Origin: Octopus vulgaris
Taxonomy: Eukaryota
Assembly (NCBI GenBank): GCA_951406725.2
Contig: OX597827.1
Location: 21,390,001 to 21,454,000 of the forward strand
Direction of reading: 5' to 3'
DNA length: 64,000 nucleotides
Position numbers and translations under genes: made by a program. The notes below the pieces were generated by a model. That model worked only from the letters and a program-made list of their open reading frames with translations, ran no database searches and was not told the DNA's origin. This document shows, one piece after another, positions 41,477-54,564 of the stretch. Position 1 is the stretch's first letter, and every line of letters starts with the position of its first letter.

Positions 41477-41848
41477 ATGGCTGTGTGGTAAGAAGCTTGC
41501 TTCACATCCACATGGTTCCGAGTTCAGTCCCACTGTATGGGTGAGTGTCTTCTACTATAGCCTAGGGTTGGCCAAAGCCTTGTGAGTGGATTTGGTAGAC
41601 AGAAACTAAAAGAAACCTGTTGTGTGGGTGTATAGGTATGTATTTGTATGTCTGTGTTTGTCCCCCACCATCACTTGACAACTGATGTTGGTGTGTTTAT
41701 GTCCCCATAACCTAGCGGTTTGGCAAAAGAGATTGATAGAATAAGTGCTAGGCTTACAAAGAATAAGTCCTAGGGTTCATTTGTTTGACTAAAGGCGGCG
41801 CTCCAGCATGGCCACTCAATTGACTGAAACAAGTAAAAGAATAAAAAG
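41477..41848 (+). mobile_element. SINE family B (CORE-like)
   Basis: Matches 57060-57392 and the inverse of 5720-6100. Confidence 0.8.
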
Positions 41849-42730
41849 CTATATATATATACACACACAGTAATGCCTCAATATGAGTTAGTTACTTTCT
41901 GAAGAACACTTGTAAAGTGAAAATTCGCAAACAGAAAACAAAACTCCTACACCTGGAGTCTCGTAAAGAGTGGTATTACTCTGTGTGTGTGTTTGTGTGC
42001 TGAGGGGTTTACTTGCCTGCCACATGCTTTTGAGTTGGTTCCAGTGCATGGCATCTTGGACAAGTGTCTTCTGTTGCGCCTGCATCCAACACCATTTTCT
42101 ACAGCTAACTGACAAGAACTCGCTCACCAATAAACTCAAAGAGTAACCCCACAGCTCATTGCTGTTCTTTTTCTCTGCCTCTTCTACGGGAACTACAACA
42201 GCTCAACTAACAAACGACTTTGACACAACTCCACGCAATTCTTTCATCTTGTCATGGATATCCATGCCTTGCCCTTGACCCCCACCAATTCTTCTTGTAG
42301 ACCCCTTTACTCCATTCTCCTTCCTCAGAATGGAAGCTGTGTCCTTAGTTCCCGTAGGCACCAACCTACACAAGTTCAAGCTAGTTTACAAAAATATTAA
42401 TCATCCCCCTCCCCTCCTTGCCCTTCAAACCCAACTCGTTAATATCATTTAGAAATAAATCTTGCAACAATGCAAATATTAAGAAATAAGGAAAAATCGA
42501 ACAAACAAGCAAAAAAATAACAGTAAATATTTCTTCAATTTGAGCTTTGTAACTAAATTCATGGGACCAATCCAGAGGACATGGGAAAATGTCAGCCTGA
42601 TACACAAATGAATTTTTAAACATTCTACCATTATTCTCTCGATATCTTTTGCTGGACTGCTAAGTTACAGGCATGTAGACACGCTAGTGCAAGTTGTCAT
42701 GTGGTGACGGGTGACAAATACACACATATA

Positions 42731-43130
42731 CCTATTTCTTTACTGCCCACAAGGGGCTAAATACAGAGTGGACAAACAAGGACAGACAAATGGATCAAGT
42801 CGATCACATCGACCCCAGTGTGTAACTGGTACTTATTTAATCGACCCTGAAAAGATGAAAGGCAAAGTCGACCTCCGTGGAATTTGAACTCAAAATGTAG
42901 TGATGGGTGAAGTACCTATTTCTTTATTAGCTACAAGGGGCTAAACACAGAGGGGACAAACAAGCGGATCAAGTCGATTACATCAACCCCAGTGCGTAAC
43001 TGGTACTTATTTAATCGACCCCGAAAGGATGAAAGGCAAAGTCGACCTTGGCGGAATTTGAACTCAGAACGTAATGGCAAACGAAGTACTGCTAAGCATT
43101 TCGCCTGGCGCGATAACGTCTCTGCCAGCT
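42731..43130 (-). mobile_element. SINE family A dimer nested inside a family B SINE
   Basis: Family B pieces at about 42630-42730 and 43140-43215; TSD-like cacac(a/c)tatacct on both sides. Confidence 0.85.
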
Positions 43131-43903
43131 CACACACCTATACCTGCCAGGCTTCTTTCAGTTTCTGCCAACCAAATCCACTCACAAAGCTTTGAACAGC
43201 CTGAGGCTATAGTAGTTGTGTGGCTTTTGGAAACTGAAATGGGGGCAACTGAGGAGAGAGGCTCAGTTGATAAGGGACGGGGGGGCGGTCATTGTTCGAT
43301 TAGTTGAAAACAACCCAGAAAATGAACCTGCTTTTAACGTTCTATTGCTTATCATAATCTATTTATTCATAATACTGAATACCAGAGGTATTCAAAATGT
43401 TCGTTTCTCAGCAGCTTAATAAATAAATTAGATTGTGTAAGAGCAGAACCATTTCAGAATCTTTAATTGCTACATTGTGGGTCACACATTTGTACTTTGG
43501 TGAAGGTCGTTTATTGATCAGTACTGAAATACTACACTAGACTGCTTCCCCCTCCCCCGTCCCCCAATCTATTTGTTTTATGGAACATTATTATTGTTGT
43601 TATTATTATTACTATTATTTAGTTTCTGTCTAACTGGGTAATTTACCTTTTATGTTTGTTTGTTGGACATATTTTGCTATCAGGGCATGAGTGCTGGTGG
43701 CGGGGGGAGGGATGGAGGGGCAGTGGTGGTGAATGGATACCGAAGGAAAGTTTTGATGTGTGTTAGTAGTTTGACTAACATTTACAAAGGATCTTTTGTT
43801 GACAAGAGAGAGAGATAGGGAGAAACATTCCAGTGTGGCCAGTACAGAGTGGCTGAGATCTTCCAAAAGAATTAGTCATTCATAACAGTTTAATGGCTGA
43901 AAT

Positions 43904-43939
<36 letters not shown>

Positions 43940-45222
43940 AATGGAGCTTATCTATAATTCCTTCCTATGACATGTTAAATGGCTTTACATTGATAAAATA
44001 GAAAATTTAGCCATAAATGTTGCTTAGAGTTGGTAAAAGTTTGTAATATTTCCTAATTAATATATTTTCTGTTAATTAAATTAAGTTTCCATTCTCAACA
44101 AATGCTTAGCTACCAGCACTGACAAGGAAGCGTGACTCGGCAACCTGCACCACACAATTGCTCGTTATTTCACCTGGTGGACATAAACACTCTTTTAGCC
44201 CTTCCATCCATGACTTAGTGGAATACCAAGGATGTGACAGCTGAAGGGAGAGAGAAGAGTGCACCAGCACTCAGCTGGTTCCCATTTACAGCCAGGTCAA
44301 CTGGAGTAACATGAAATGTACCTTATTCAAGGCCACAATGCACTCACCTTCACTTGTACATTCTACTATAATTATGGTTCGTCATCATTTAGCGTCTGTT
44401 GTTCATGCTGGCATAGGTTGGACAGTTTAACCAGGGCTGGCAAGTGGGAAGGCTGCACCAGACTCCAGTCTGTTTTGACATGATTTCTATGGCTGGATGC
44501 CCTTCCTTATGCCAATGAGTGCTTTTACATGTCACCGGCATGGCTGCTATTTGTGTGATACGACTATAATTTCACTTGGCTTGCCGGGTCTTCTCAAGCA
44601 CAGCATATTGCCAAAGGTCTCGGTCATCAATCATTGCCTCTGTGGAGGCAATATATCTTAATGACCCGTATAATTAATACATTGAAATCATTTCCCTACT
44701 TGTTTAGATATAGAGGAATTAGCAGTATCGCCTGGTGTTGCTCGGGTTTGTTTCGACCCTTTAGAATTGGAATTTTTGAAAAGTAAAAATTTTGTATTAT
44801 GTAGCTTGTTATTCTCGTTAAGTGAACATTTTTCTGGTTGAAATACACCAAAAAATGGCGATACAGCAGCAGTCAAAAATTGAACAAAGATTTTAGTCAC
44901 AAAGAGTATAAAATAAGGTTCTTTTAGGAAGTTGCATTAAAAAAAAGTCTTTGTTATGACAAGAAATTAAAATAGGAATACGTCCAGTGAATAATATTGT
45001 TGTTTTGGTTGTAATGTTTGCTGACTCGGCCATCTTAACTGACATTCTAACCACAACAATCCATAAAATGCATGCTGCCAGTGAGATATTAGTCTGTTGC
45101 AAGTCATCCTGAATATTATCATTATTATAACTCAGTCCGGAGCAAACTGGTTAGGTTTGATTTTTGAAGAAAATTGTTTAATCAAACTATCAGCTGAGTC
45201 ACTATTCTAACATTTGCAAACA

Positions 45223-45324
45223 ATGAGAAAGACCTCGTTTGATGAAGTTGTGATTAGAGGACAAATAATACACATAATGGTATATGTGGACACTGGAGCA
45301 ATGGCTGCTGTTCCTTCGGTTTAG
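45223..45324 (+). mobile_element. Possible LTR-retrotransposon aspartic protease remnant
   Basis: Reads EVVIRGQIIHIMVYVDTGA (V.I.G.......DTGA pattern). Short and isolated. Confidence 0.35.
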
Positions 45325-45839
45325 TCATGAAAGTGGATCTTATTCAATGAAACGATGCTTCCATTGTGTTTCATTATTGAATATTTTGGTTTGACTTTGA
45401 ATTTCTCAATGATAATAATATTGATGCTGGCTGGATGAAAATGGTGAAGTTGGATGGGTCCTTAATGTTGGTTTCAAATTTTGATACAAGGCCAGCAATT
45501 TCATTGACCCCAGTGCATAACTGGTACTTATTTTATTAATCCTGAAAGAATGAAAGGCAAAGTGAACCTCAGCAGAATTTGATCTCGGAACATAAAGCAT
45601 TTTGCTTGGTGTTCTAAAAATTCTTGCTGATCGCTGCATTAAGATGGGTCCTTAATAACGAAATGAAATGATAATCACCAAGGTTGTGTTTTCTCATCAA
45701 GGCCAAGACTTTGAAATATTGGTGAATGGTCGGAAGAAAGACTAGATTATATCAATGATTATAGTGACCTTGATAGTAATGTAACTCTGAGCTTCCTTTG
45801 TTTGAGATTAACGAGCAACTTCTGGTTATAGTGAAATCC

Positions 45840-46270
45840 CTTTACAGATGTCCAGATGTTGGTGTTTAGCTAAAAGGTGCCAAGTTAAAACCTTTCAACA
45901 TGTCTTGGACTTGAGAAGGAATATGTATTGTCACCTCTTTTTCATAATTTTTATGACCAGGGTTGACATGTGCAGCCATTGTGGAGGTGGTATCGCAATC
46001 AATGGTCGGCTGATACTTGCACACAACATTGTACTACTTGGCTCATCAGAAGATAATCTCCAGAATGCACTGAATGGGTTTGCTGCTGATTGATGCAAGG
46101 CAGTGATGAGAATTAGGATTGCAAAGACTTGAGACATTGGTCCTCTCCAAGAAAGTCTTCCCAGTGCAGTTTGTATCTTAGAGGAAAAGTTTAAATATCT
46201 CGGGGCCATATTCAGGAGTGATGGGATTCAGAAGGCTGAATTGGATTCTGGAATTGCAGGTGCTGCCAGT
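45840..46270 (+). mobile_element. Decayed RTE-type reverse transcriptase fragment
   Basis: LF.IFM...LAHNIVLLGSSEDNLQNALNGF...KT...EKFKYLG, a decayed region around the FADD motif. Confidence 0.6.
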
Positions 46271-46388
46271 TACAGGACTATATATATAATACATATGTAT
46301 TATATATGATGGGCTTCTTTCAGTTTTCATCTACCAAATTCACACAAGGCCTTGGTCAGCCTTGAGTTATAGAAAACACTTACCCATG

Positions 46389-46504
<116 letters not shown>

Positions 46505-47319
46505 TGCACTCGGCTGAATTAAAATTTTTTATACATGAATATATAATTAGTATAATCTGATTAGACTGAGATTTGAAACCTTTCTGTCAATTTCTGTAAT
46601 CTTCCAATATAAGAACAAACAAACAAAATACAAACCCTTTGTTTTTTGCAAAATTATTGCTTGTATGCAGCTCCAAAATAGTTGGAAGCAATTGTGAAAA
46701 TTTCCAAGTTGTTTAAAGCTATCCACACTTTTCAGTGCAGTTTTCACCTTTTCCTGGAAGTCCACACTGTGCATGCCCTGGGACAGTGATGCAGTCTTTG
46801 GAATTGATCAGCTCATTCTTGTATACTGGACTCCTCTGGTGCCGGTTATCTACAGCCATCAGCAAACAGCAGTTCCCCCCAAAATTAGATGCTTAATTTT
46901 GATTTTTTGATTGCAATCTGTAATGCTAAACAACTTGCTTACCGTTTCTGTACCTAACACCAATTTCAGGTTAGGTTATGGTTCGGAAGATCTTTTGCGA
47001 CATGACAGAAAAACATGATAATAAAGAGAAGCTGCTAATCCATTTGTTCTTAACACTCACTGGCATGCATCATTTATTTGGTCGTGCCGTATATACAAAC
47101 ACTGGCAGTGAGCAATATTTTGGAGGAGGTTTCTCTACAAACTGCCATGATACCTTGTGTCAAAAAGCTTTTCATATCAACAAAAATCACACGTAGGGAC
47201 TGATTCTGGTCTGTATACTTCTCTTTTATCTGTCTTACTGCAAAGATATCAATAGCTTCTCTGCAGATAACCAAAGTAGTCAGCAGACTAAAATTATTAG
47301 TCTTCACACTAGCATAAAA

Positions 47320-47845
47320 ATAATAATATAATAATAATGAAATTATTGTATACAGTGCTCAGGTGCCCCACAACTTGTCAAAAGTGCATATAAGGCACAT
47401 GCAGTAATGTACAAATGTCTGGGAAGTGAACAGTGTATGAGTCAGATACATGCTTGTGTGTGTATGGAGAGGAGAATATCAGGTGTAGTGTTTGCAAATC
47501 TCAGGAAGCATGGAAGTTTTGAAGGATGCAGTGCTCCAACAACTAAAAACTGAGGCCAGCAGTTTGTTCCATGCTTCAGCAACTCTTAGCGTGAAAAAAT
47601 GTTTCCGAAAGTCATGGGAGCCGTGCTGTTTTCTGACTTAGTAAATATGTCCATGGGTGTTAGACAGGTGGAGTTTGAAAAGGTGCTCAGAGTTATTGTT
47701 TGTAAGATGGTTAATAATTTTATGGGTGTCTGCCAAGTCAGCTGCCAGATGTCGGAGTTTCAATGTGTCCATGCCCAGGGAAGTAAGGCGTTCAGAATAT
47801 GGCAAATGCCTGATGGAGGGTATTCTCTTGGCTGCATTCTCATTG
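47320..47845 (-). mobile_element. CR1-group LINE 3' fragment with (ATT)n tail
   Basis: Minus strand reads KHFFTLRVAEAWNKLLASVFSC.STASFKTSMLPEI. Same family as 50660-51012. Confidence 0.75.
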
Positions 47846-50659
47846 TTTAGACAGGAAGGAATTGGGGGAGGATTTTATAACTGGATACTTTTTCTGTTGC
47901 CAAACCTTACCTGTTTTTCAAATAAGGGATTTTTCTTTCTGTTTTTCTGATGTAGAGGAATTTGAAAGTGCAGGTCTAGAAAATGGTTAGTTGGTAGCAA
48001 ATAACAAATTTCTCCATTTGTAGTTTAATGTGTTTTGGCTGTAAGCATTCACACCATTATATACTCCTCCACACACACACACACAGGCTATGTGGTTAAG
48101 AAATTTGTTTCCCCACCTCATAGTTTTGGGTTCAGGCCACCCAAAGTCTTTGGTGAGTGAGAATAAAATCTCAGCTGGAATTTTAAAGGGATCCTTCCAC
48201 ATTGAATGGCATAAATGTCTGTTTATACCACATATATATGCCAGGCAAAAAGGGTCAAACCAGTTTTAGTCTAGTTAAATAGCGATGATTGTGGTTTTGG
48301 AGTGACTATGTCAACCAGTTTACCTGCATTTTTTTCAATATAACTTTTTTGTTATTTGTCCCTCCTTTCTTAGAAACGATGATTCATATAAAATAGAAAG
48401 GTGTTGGAGTACTGAAGACACCGCTGTTAGTCTCACCTTCATGCTTCATTCATTTAAAGTGGAAATGCTTCATGTTTAAAATAGTGCACTCGGCTGAACT
48501 TAAATTTTTTACCAACCAAACAGCCCTCCCCTCCCATTAACATAAAATTCTGATTTATTTGAGGTTGTTATAAAAAGGAGTTTTTCTCTAATTGTCAATA
48601 CTGAATGAATCAGACAAACTGGAGCTGTGGTCTGCCAATCCCTGGTTCAAATGATTGATAAATATTTATACAAACGGTCCTAAGTATGCAGTCTAAAGAA
48701 AAAACTGTCTTATTTTTTCGTTAGTTATCTATAAAATTATTAATTGTGGGCAATTAATTAATTTATAGCTGTTCTATTAACTAGTTTCTTGAGAAGTTAA
48801 AATTAAAATTCTCTTAGATCCTTTCCTTGCTGTGAAAAAACCTGATTAGAATATTTTTTTGTTATTTAATTAAAAGAAAAAAAAGGATGTATTCAGTTAA
48901 AATAAAAGACCGGTTTCTTTTGTTCTTTGATTGATTCTGGTCATGCTGGAATACTGGCTTATTTTTGTTTAGAATTGAACTTTTCAAGCAGTTCCACATA
49001 ATATTTTATAATTTAAAGTTCACAGTTCAATTGCAGGTAAAGTCTTGTTCCATTTTCTTATCAAAAATAAAGCCCAGGATATAATAATGAATGTTGAAGT
49101 GAGAGAGAGAGGGAACGGAGGGGGTAGGAGTAATTAGACGATGTCATTCTAGGAAGTATCCATTATATAGTTTCCCCCCAACCTTTTCAAATGATACTTC
49201 CTGTTTTTAATTAAATCTTTAATTATAAGCCTCTATAATTATTGTTAGCATTTAGTCTGTTATCAACACTGCCATTACTTTCACCATACATATTACAATT
49301 GTAAAGCTTTTAATTGTTGTCATTACTGCTAATTATGAAATGAATTCCATCCATCAAGAATATTTTTTCTATCATCTTGATAATTTTCACTGTCAACAGC
49401 ATTCATTTATACACAATCTTCTCACCAATCATCCTTAGTTTCAATAGATTTTGTATATTGTGTTTAATAACTTTGGATCCTGTTGGTCAATTGCTAAATA
49501 CTTTCTCAGATTGAGGGTCTATACAAAATCTGATGTGATTATTATCTGCAGTTCCTGCTTGCTTACGTCTTTGAATGTTCAGTCTTTCTGTAGAGTATGA
49601 CAGTTGTGTGTGTTATATAACTGCAGAAAATTACAAATGTCTAATATCAGGTGCTGTAATAAAAAGTACAAGTGGGAGTTTGCACGTAAAGCAAAGAATT
49701 CTTTCTACTAAAGGCACAACCCCTGAAATGTTGCGGAGGATTACATTGGCTCCTTTGCTTAACTAGTATTCATTTTATTGACCCCTAAAAGAGATGAAAG
49801 CCAAACTCAACCTTGGCAGAATTTGAACCTAGATTGTCAAGCTGGAAGAAATGCTGCTAAGCATTTTGTCTGGTGTGCTAACAATTCTAGCAGCTTGTTG
49901 CCTTGGAGTGAAGAATAATGGTAATCTAAAGATGCATCAGTAAGGTCTCCAAGAAGACCTTTTTTTCAAACAGTCCCACAGAGATGTGATTTGGCAAAAC
50001 CTCTTTACATCTCAACGCTATTCTGTACAGTAGGTAAAAGGAGTTAAGTATAATGTTTGCCTAACAAAATACACCCCCTAAACCTCATACAGATTCTTCC
50101 CCCATCTGTGTAGACATTAAAGAAACCTTTAAAAAGGCTTATTTTAGATTCACATATTCCTTGTTGATAGCCAACATGGCTTCTGTCTCTCGGTTCTCAA
50201 CTAAACTGTAAATAACCCATCTGTTACTCACTTGTCAACTCTTGTGTAAAAACCCAAGATTAAAGTCAGTTTAAGCAAGATTTTAATTTATTTAATTTAT
50301 TTGCCATCATCCCTTGAGCTATAAAGATACGATTCAATATTTAAAACAACAATTAAATTCCCTCGTGACAATTCCACTGTTGTCGTTATAATAATGCAGT
50401 TTTACTGAAATAAAATTATTACACATCAACATTCATTAGATTCTCTTTGTTAATTCTGAGCCAAAGAAAACTTCCATAAAACACCATTGTAATCCTCTAA
50501 TAAAACATTTGATTTAGTCTTTTATTGCCTGTTCATTAAAAATGCATTTCTAATAAAATGCTCCAGCATGACCCTATCTGAATGACTGGAGTCAGTCAAA
50601 TTGAAAAGAAATATCCCTTAATATTAACCTTGTAAAACAGGTATTCTTTAAAAATAGAT

Positions 50660-51012
50660 ATTTGTATATCTTCCATCAGTTCCCATATCTCAAACATCTT
50701 GCTTCTCTAGGCTTTGACACACCAAAGCTTCAACCTCTGGCAGCAGCTAAACCGATGGAAGTCCACAAGACTATCCACCATCTTTCCAGCAACAACTTTA
50801 GACCATTTTTTTCAATTCGGTACCTCTACTGCCCTTGTGGACATACTTATAAAATTCAAAATGTATGCAGCACCCATGACTTTTGGAAACATTTTTATAT
50901 GTTCAGTATTATCGAAGCATGGAATAAACTACATACGTCGGATGTTAGTTGTCAGAACACTGCATTGTTCAAGAATTCCCTGCTTCCTAAAATTCACCAA
51001 CATTATTCCTAA
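50660..51012 (+). mobile_element. CR1-group LINE ORF2 C-terminal fragment
   Basis: LASLGFDT.KLQ.LAA...VHKTI...GHTYK...KHF....IIEAWNKL. Confidence 0.7.
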
Positions 51013-51589
51013 TATGTCCATCTTTTACTCTTTATGGCTCTTTTACTGTTCACTTTTCTTTCGTGTTGTTTTATTCTGTCTTATTATGTTGGTACTTTTT
51101 GGTTCTCATTGCTGTCTTTCTTTGCTTGGTTTCTCTCTACTTTCTCGTCCCCACTTTATTCTTTGAGCATTGTATACAAGAAGCTCAATTATCGTTATTT
51201 TGATATAATTTTTAGAATCTATTTTGTCCGAGCAACTTCGTATCATCTATTCACAGTTAGATTTTATCTGTTCCAGGTTAACAGGTTTTCCTTTTAGAAA
51301 TAAAAACCAAAGGTTTCTTTAAACATTTATCACTGATTTTCATTAAAGACACACACAATCTAAAAACAGTCTCAGAATTTTTTTTTTCCTTATTTTGTGG
51401 AAAAGGTGAAATAAAGAAAGAAGAAATCTTTAAGGAAATTAGGTGGAAATAAAGTAAATTAAGTTTTATTTATAATTTGAGGTAATCAAAAGTTGAAATG
51501 TTTCAGGTTGTGGTGAAGAAAGGGTGCTTTGATCTGTTAAAGAAATTCCTTAACTGTGCGGATTTAGGTGGTTGTGCTAATCAAGTGAA

Positions 51590-51860
51590 GGCACATGGCT
51601 TAATGGTTAAGGGCATTTGGCACACAATCCTAAGGTTGATTGATACCTGGTAGGGCATTGTGTCCTTGAGCAAGACACTTTATTTCACATTGCTCCAGTC
51701 CACTCAGCTGGCCAAAATGAGTTGTACCTGTAATTCAGCAGGGGCCAGCCTTGTCACATTCTGTGTGTCTCAGTCTGAACCACTTGCATGTTAACTTCAC
51801 AAGCAGGCTGTTCTGTTTATCAGATCGACAGGAACAGTCATCATCGTAACCAGTACAGTG
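51590..51860 (+). mobile_element. SINE family C
   Basis: tRNA-like head then tgtccttgagcaagacactttatttcacattgctccagtccactcagctgg. Confidence 0.7.
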
Positions 51861-53008
51861 CCAAGCAAGTATAATCATTTTGTCTGGACTCCCTGTCTTG
51901 TTACTTGGCATTTTTGCTAAGTCTTTGCAATTATGTTGCAGCAAAACAACTGCATTCCGCTGGCAAGCTGATTGTCTTTGTAACGACCTTCTTTCTTTTG
52001 GCACAATGGCTACTTTCTCCCGTTCACTTCTCCGATATATTAGTTGTGACTAGGAGTAAGAGAGAGACGTTGAAGCAACATGTTGGCCTGAGCTGATATA
52101 TGTGCCCTTCGGTAAGTTTAACTGTCTCTGCAATCCTTTCAGTAAACGAGGTTGCTGGGCAACAAAGATAAGGTGATATTCTGAAAACCACAATGAAAAC
52201 TAGATTGGTCGAATATAAAATGGAAACTAATCATCCTTCTTTGATTGTATCTTTGGTCTGCTGTGCTGTTAGTTTTGTCCCTCTCCTGAGGAGAATATCC
52301 TATGGAAAATGGTACTTGTTAGTTTTCTCCCAACTTCCTGTAACTGTTTATTTCCATTAACAGGAATTGATAGGAATATGAAGTAGGACTTGAGTAGGTT
52401 GCCAGCTGGTACCTATCTAGTTTGTTCTTCATTTAATATGCCACTCTTAACAGTCAATGATATGACATCCATATCTTAAAATACAGGGGCAATATATCTG
52501 TATCTTAAGTGCATTGGCCATGTTTAAGGACATGTTGGGAATAACGACCTCTGGCAGGGTCTGTGTGGTAGGGTGGGTTAACCAAGTTAAGAGTTGTTTT
52601 CAGCTTTCTCTTCTGTCTGTTCTATTTAAGACAAAGATACATTGAGGTAGAACTGCTGCTACCCATCTACAAGAATGTCTGTTCCTTTGTGATGCTGTTT
52701 TTGTAAGGTCCTAATGCCATGTAATTTTTACAATCCTAACATTACATTCATAGTAACAACAGGGCTAGTTGGGTCTGTGGAAGATCGTGGCTGTTGATCC
52801 TACAAGGATGTGATAGGTTTTAGTCAGAACATATTCTTGTTTATACACTGAAGGAGATTTTTAAAGCCAAGTATTTTATGTAAGCCAACTAGAGATCCTA
52901 TCATCTCAAGGATAGGACATCATCGTCATCACCATATTTTTGTTTTAAAGATATTAATTTTAGAATATTGCTATTGAAAATAAAAATTTCCAAAAACTTT
53001 TCTTTCAG

Positions 53009-53171
53009 ATTGAAACTATAGTGCGGCCATTCAAGCTTAATGACATGAATTACCGGGAAATAATGCATTTGATGATAGAGAAGTTTAAGGAGGGTTTGAG
53101 TGCAAAGACAAACCCAATAGCTACTGTGAAAATGTTTCCAACATATGTCCGATCAACTCCGAAAGGAACAG
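53009..53171 (+). CDS. HK: Internal coding exon of a hexokinase (equivalent to vertebrate HK/GCK exon 2); not in the supplied ORF track
   Basis: Acceptor ttttctttcag| and donor G|gtaata. Phase 0 in, phase 1 out, 163 nt. Translates IETIVRPFKLNDMNYREIMHLMIEKFKEGLSAKTNPIATVKMFPTYVRSTPKGT(G/E), which carries the hexokinase GL...A.VKM(F/L)PT(Y/F)VRS.P.GTE signature. The next exon (LALDLGGTNFRV) was not found in the window. Confidence 0.93.
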
Positions 53172-53438
53172 GTAATATTAACGATTTACATATTTAATTT
53201 TTATTATCTTTTATTTTTTTCTAAATGTTTTTTTAAATCAATCATGACCTGCATGCCTCCTAAATTTGCAAGGAAATCAATATAACAAATGGTTTCAGCT
53301 ATTTCTGATTTATGATTTCAAATCTGTAAAAAGTGATTCGTTGTTCATGAGTTGGAATTGCTGTAGGCTAGTCTTCTACTATCCAGGGAGATATTTGTTT
53401 TCCCTTAAGTGCCATAGACATTTTATATATCATCACCT

Positions 53439-53668
53439 ATTTCTTTACTACCCACAAGGGGCCAAACACAGAGAGGACAAACAAGGACAGGCAAACAGAT
53501 TAAGTTGATTATATCAACCCCAATGCGTAACTGATATTTATTTCATCAACCCCGAAAGGATTAAAGGCAAAGTCGACCTCGGCAGAATTTGAACTCAGAA
53601 CGTAGCGGCAGACGAAATGCTGCTGAGCATTTCGCCCGTCATGCTAACGTTTTTGCCAGCTCGCTGCC
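53439..53668 (-). mobile_element. SINE family A with TSD
   Basis: TSD tttatatatcatcacct on both sides; about 270 bp downstream of the HK exon. Confidence 0.88.
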
Positions 53669-54360
53669 TTTATATATCATCACCTTCATCCTTTAACATC
53701 CATCTTCCATACTGGCATGGATCAAGTGCTTTGCCAAAATTTGACATTCAAAGGCTGCATCATGCTTCAGTTTTGGCAAAGTTTCTATGGTTGGTTGCCC
53801 CTCCTGGTGCCAACTGTTTTACAAAGTGCACTGGGTGCATTTTTTCGTGGAACCAGCCTTAATGAGATCACCGTGTAGCTTGCAAGACTAAGTGCCTCTT
53901 TAAGTAAGTGGGGCTACAACAGAGAGAAGGCAGTTTTATTGTGAGGAGATGAGAATGGACCAGAACTAAGCAGGTTTCTAACTGCAGAGGAGAGATACGT
54001 GGCTGTTCACTTGTGATACACAAGTAATTGGACCGGAACTGGAGGAGAGAAAAATAGTGAATGTGGTATCAGTGATGCTTCATCAACATCTAAAGGTTAT
54101 AAGATGGAAGTGTGAAAGAGCGGGGGATGGTTAGAGATGGGGAATGAGTGAAGTGTGGGGGATGAGTAAAGTGAAATGGGGATGTGTGTGTGTGTGTGTG
54201 TGTGTTACTGTTTATAAATGAGTTAACTCACCCCTACATTCCTCAGTTTCCAAGTAAGGGCATGCAAGCATTTTATGTCGACTGAACTTTCAGGATTGTG
54301 GGCCTGAATCAACCATTAATAAATAGATTTAGCTTTGAGGGCATTTTTCTCACTTGTATA

Positions 54361-54564
54361 TATTTCTTTACTACCCACAAGGGGCTAAACATATAGGGGA
54401 CAAACAAGGACAGACAAAGGGATTAAGTCGATTACATCGACCCCGAAAGGATGAAAGGCAAAGTCGACCTCGGCGGAATTCGAACTCAGAATGTAGTGGC
54501 AGACGAAATACTGCTGAGCATTTCGCCCAGCGTGCTAACGTTTTTGCCAGCTCCCACCGCCTTT
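54361..54564 (-). mobile_element. SINE family A with 18-bp TSD and internal deletion
   Basis: TSD atttttctcacttgtata at 54343-54360 and 54565-54582. The segment between the two internal atcgacccc repeats is missing. Confidence 0.9.

Larger units (their letters stand above)
39379..44200 (+). repeat. 159-bp direct repeat pair (39379-39537 and 44042-44200)
   Basis: Five differences, all transitions, by manual alignment. Confidence 0.9.

Noticed and set aside
46505-48510. ~27-bp similar motif tgcactcggctgaa.t.aaatttttt at 46505 and 48485
   Set aside because: Short and in direct orientation, with no TSD; cannot distinguish a TE end from a small local copy.
52100-52117. ATG TGC CCT TCG|gtaagt, an in-frame micro first exon candidate 0.9 kb upstream of the HK exon
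   Set aside because: Consensus donor, but it lies in CpG-poor, apparently decayed repeat sequence with no promoter features; could easily be chance.
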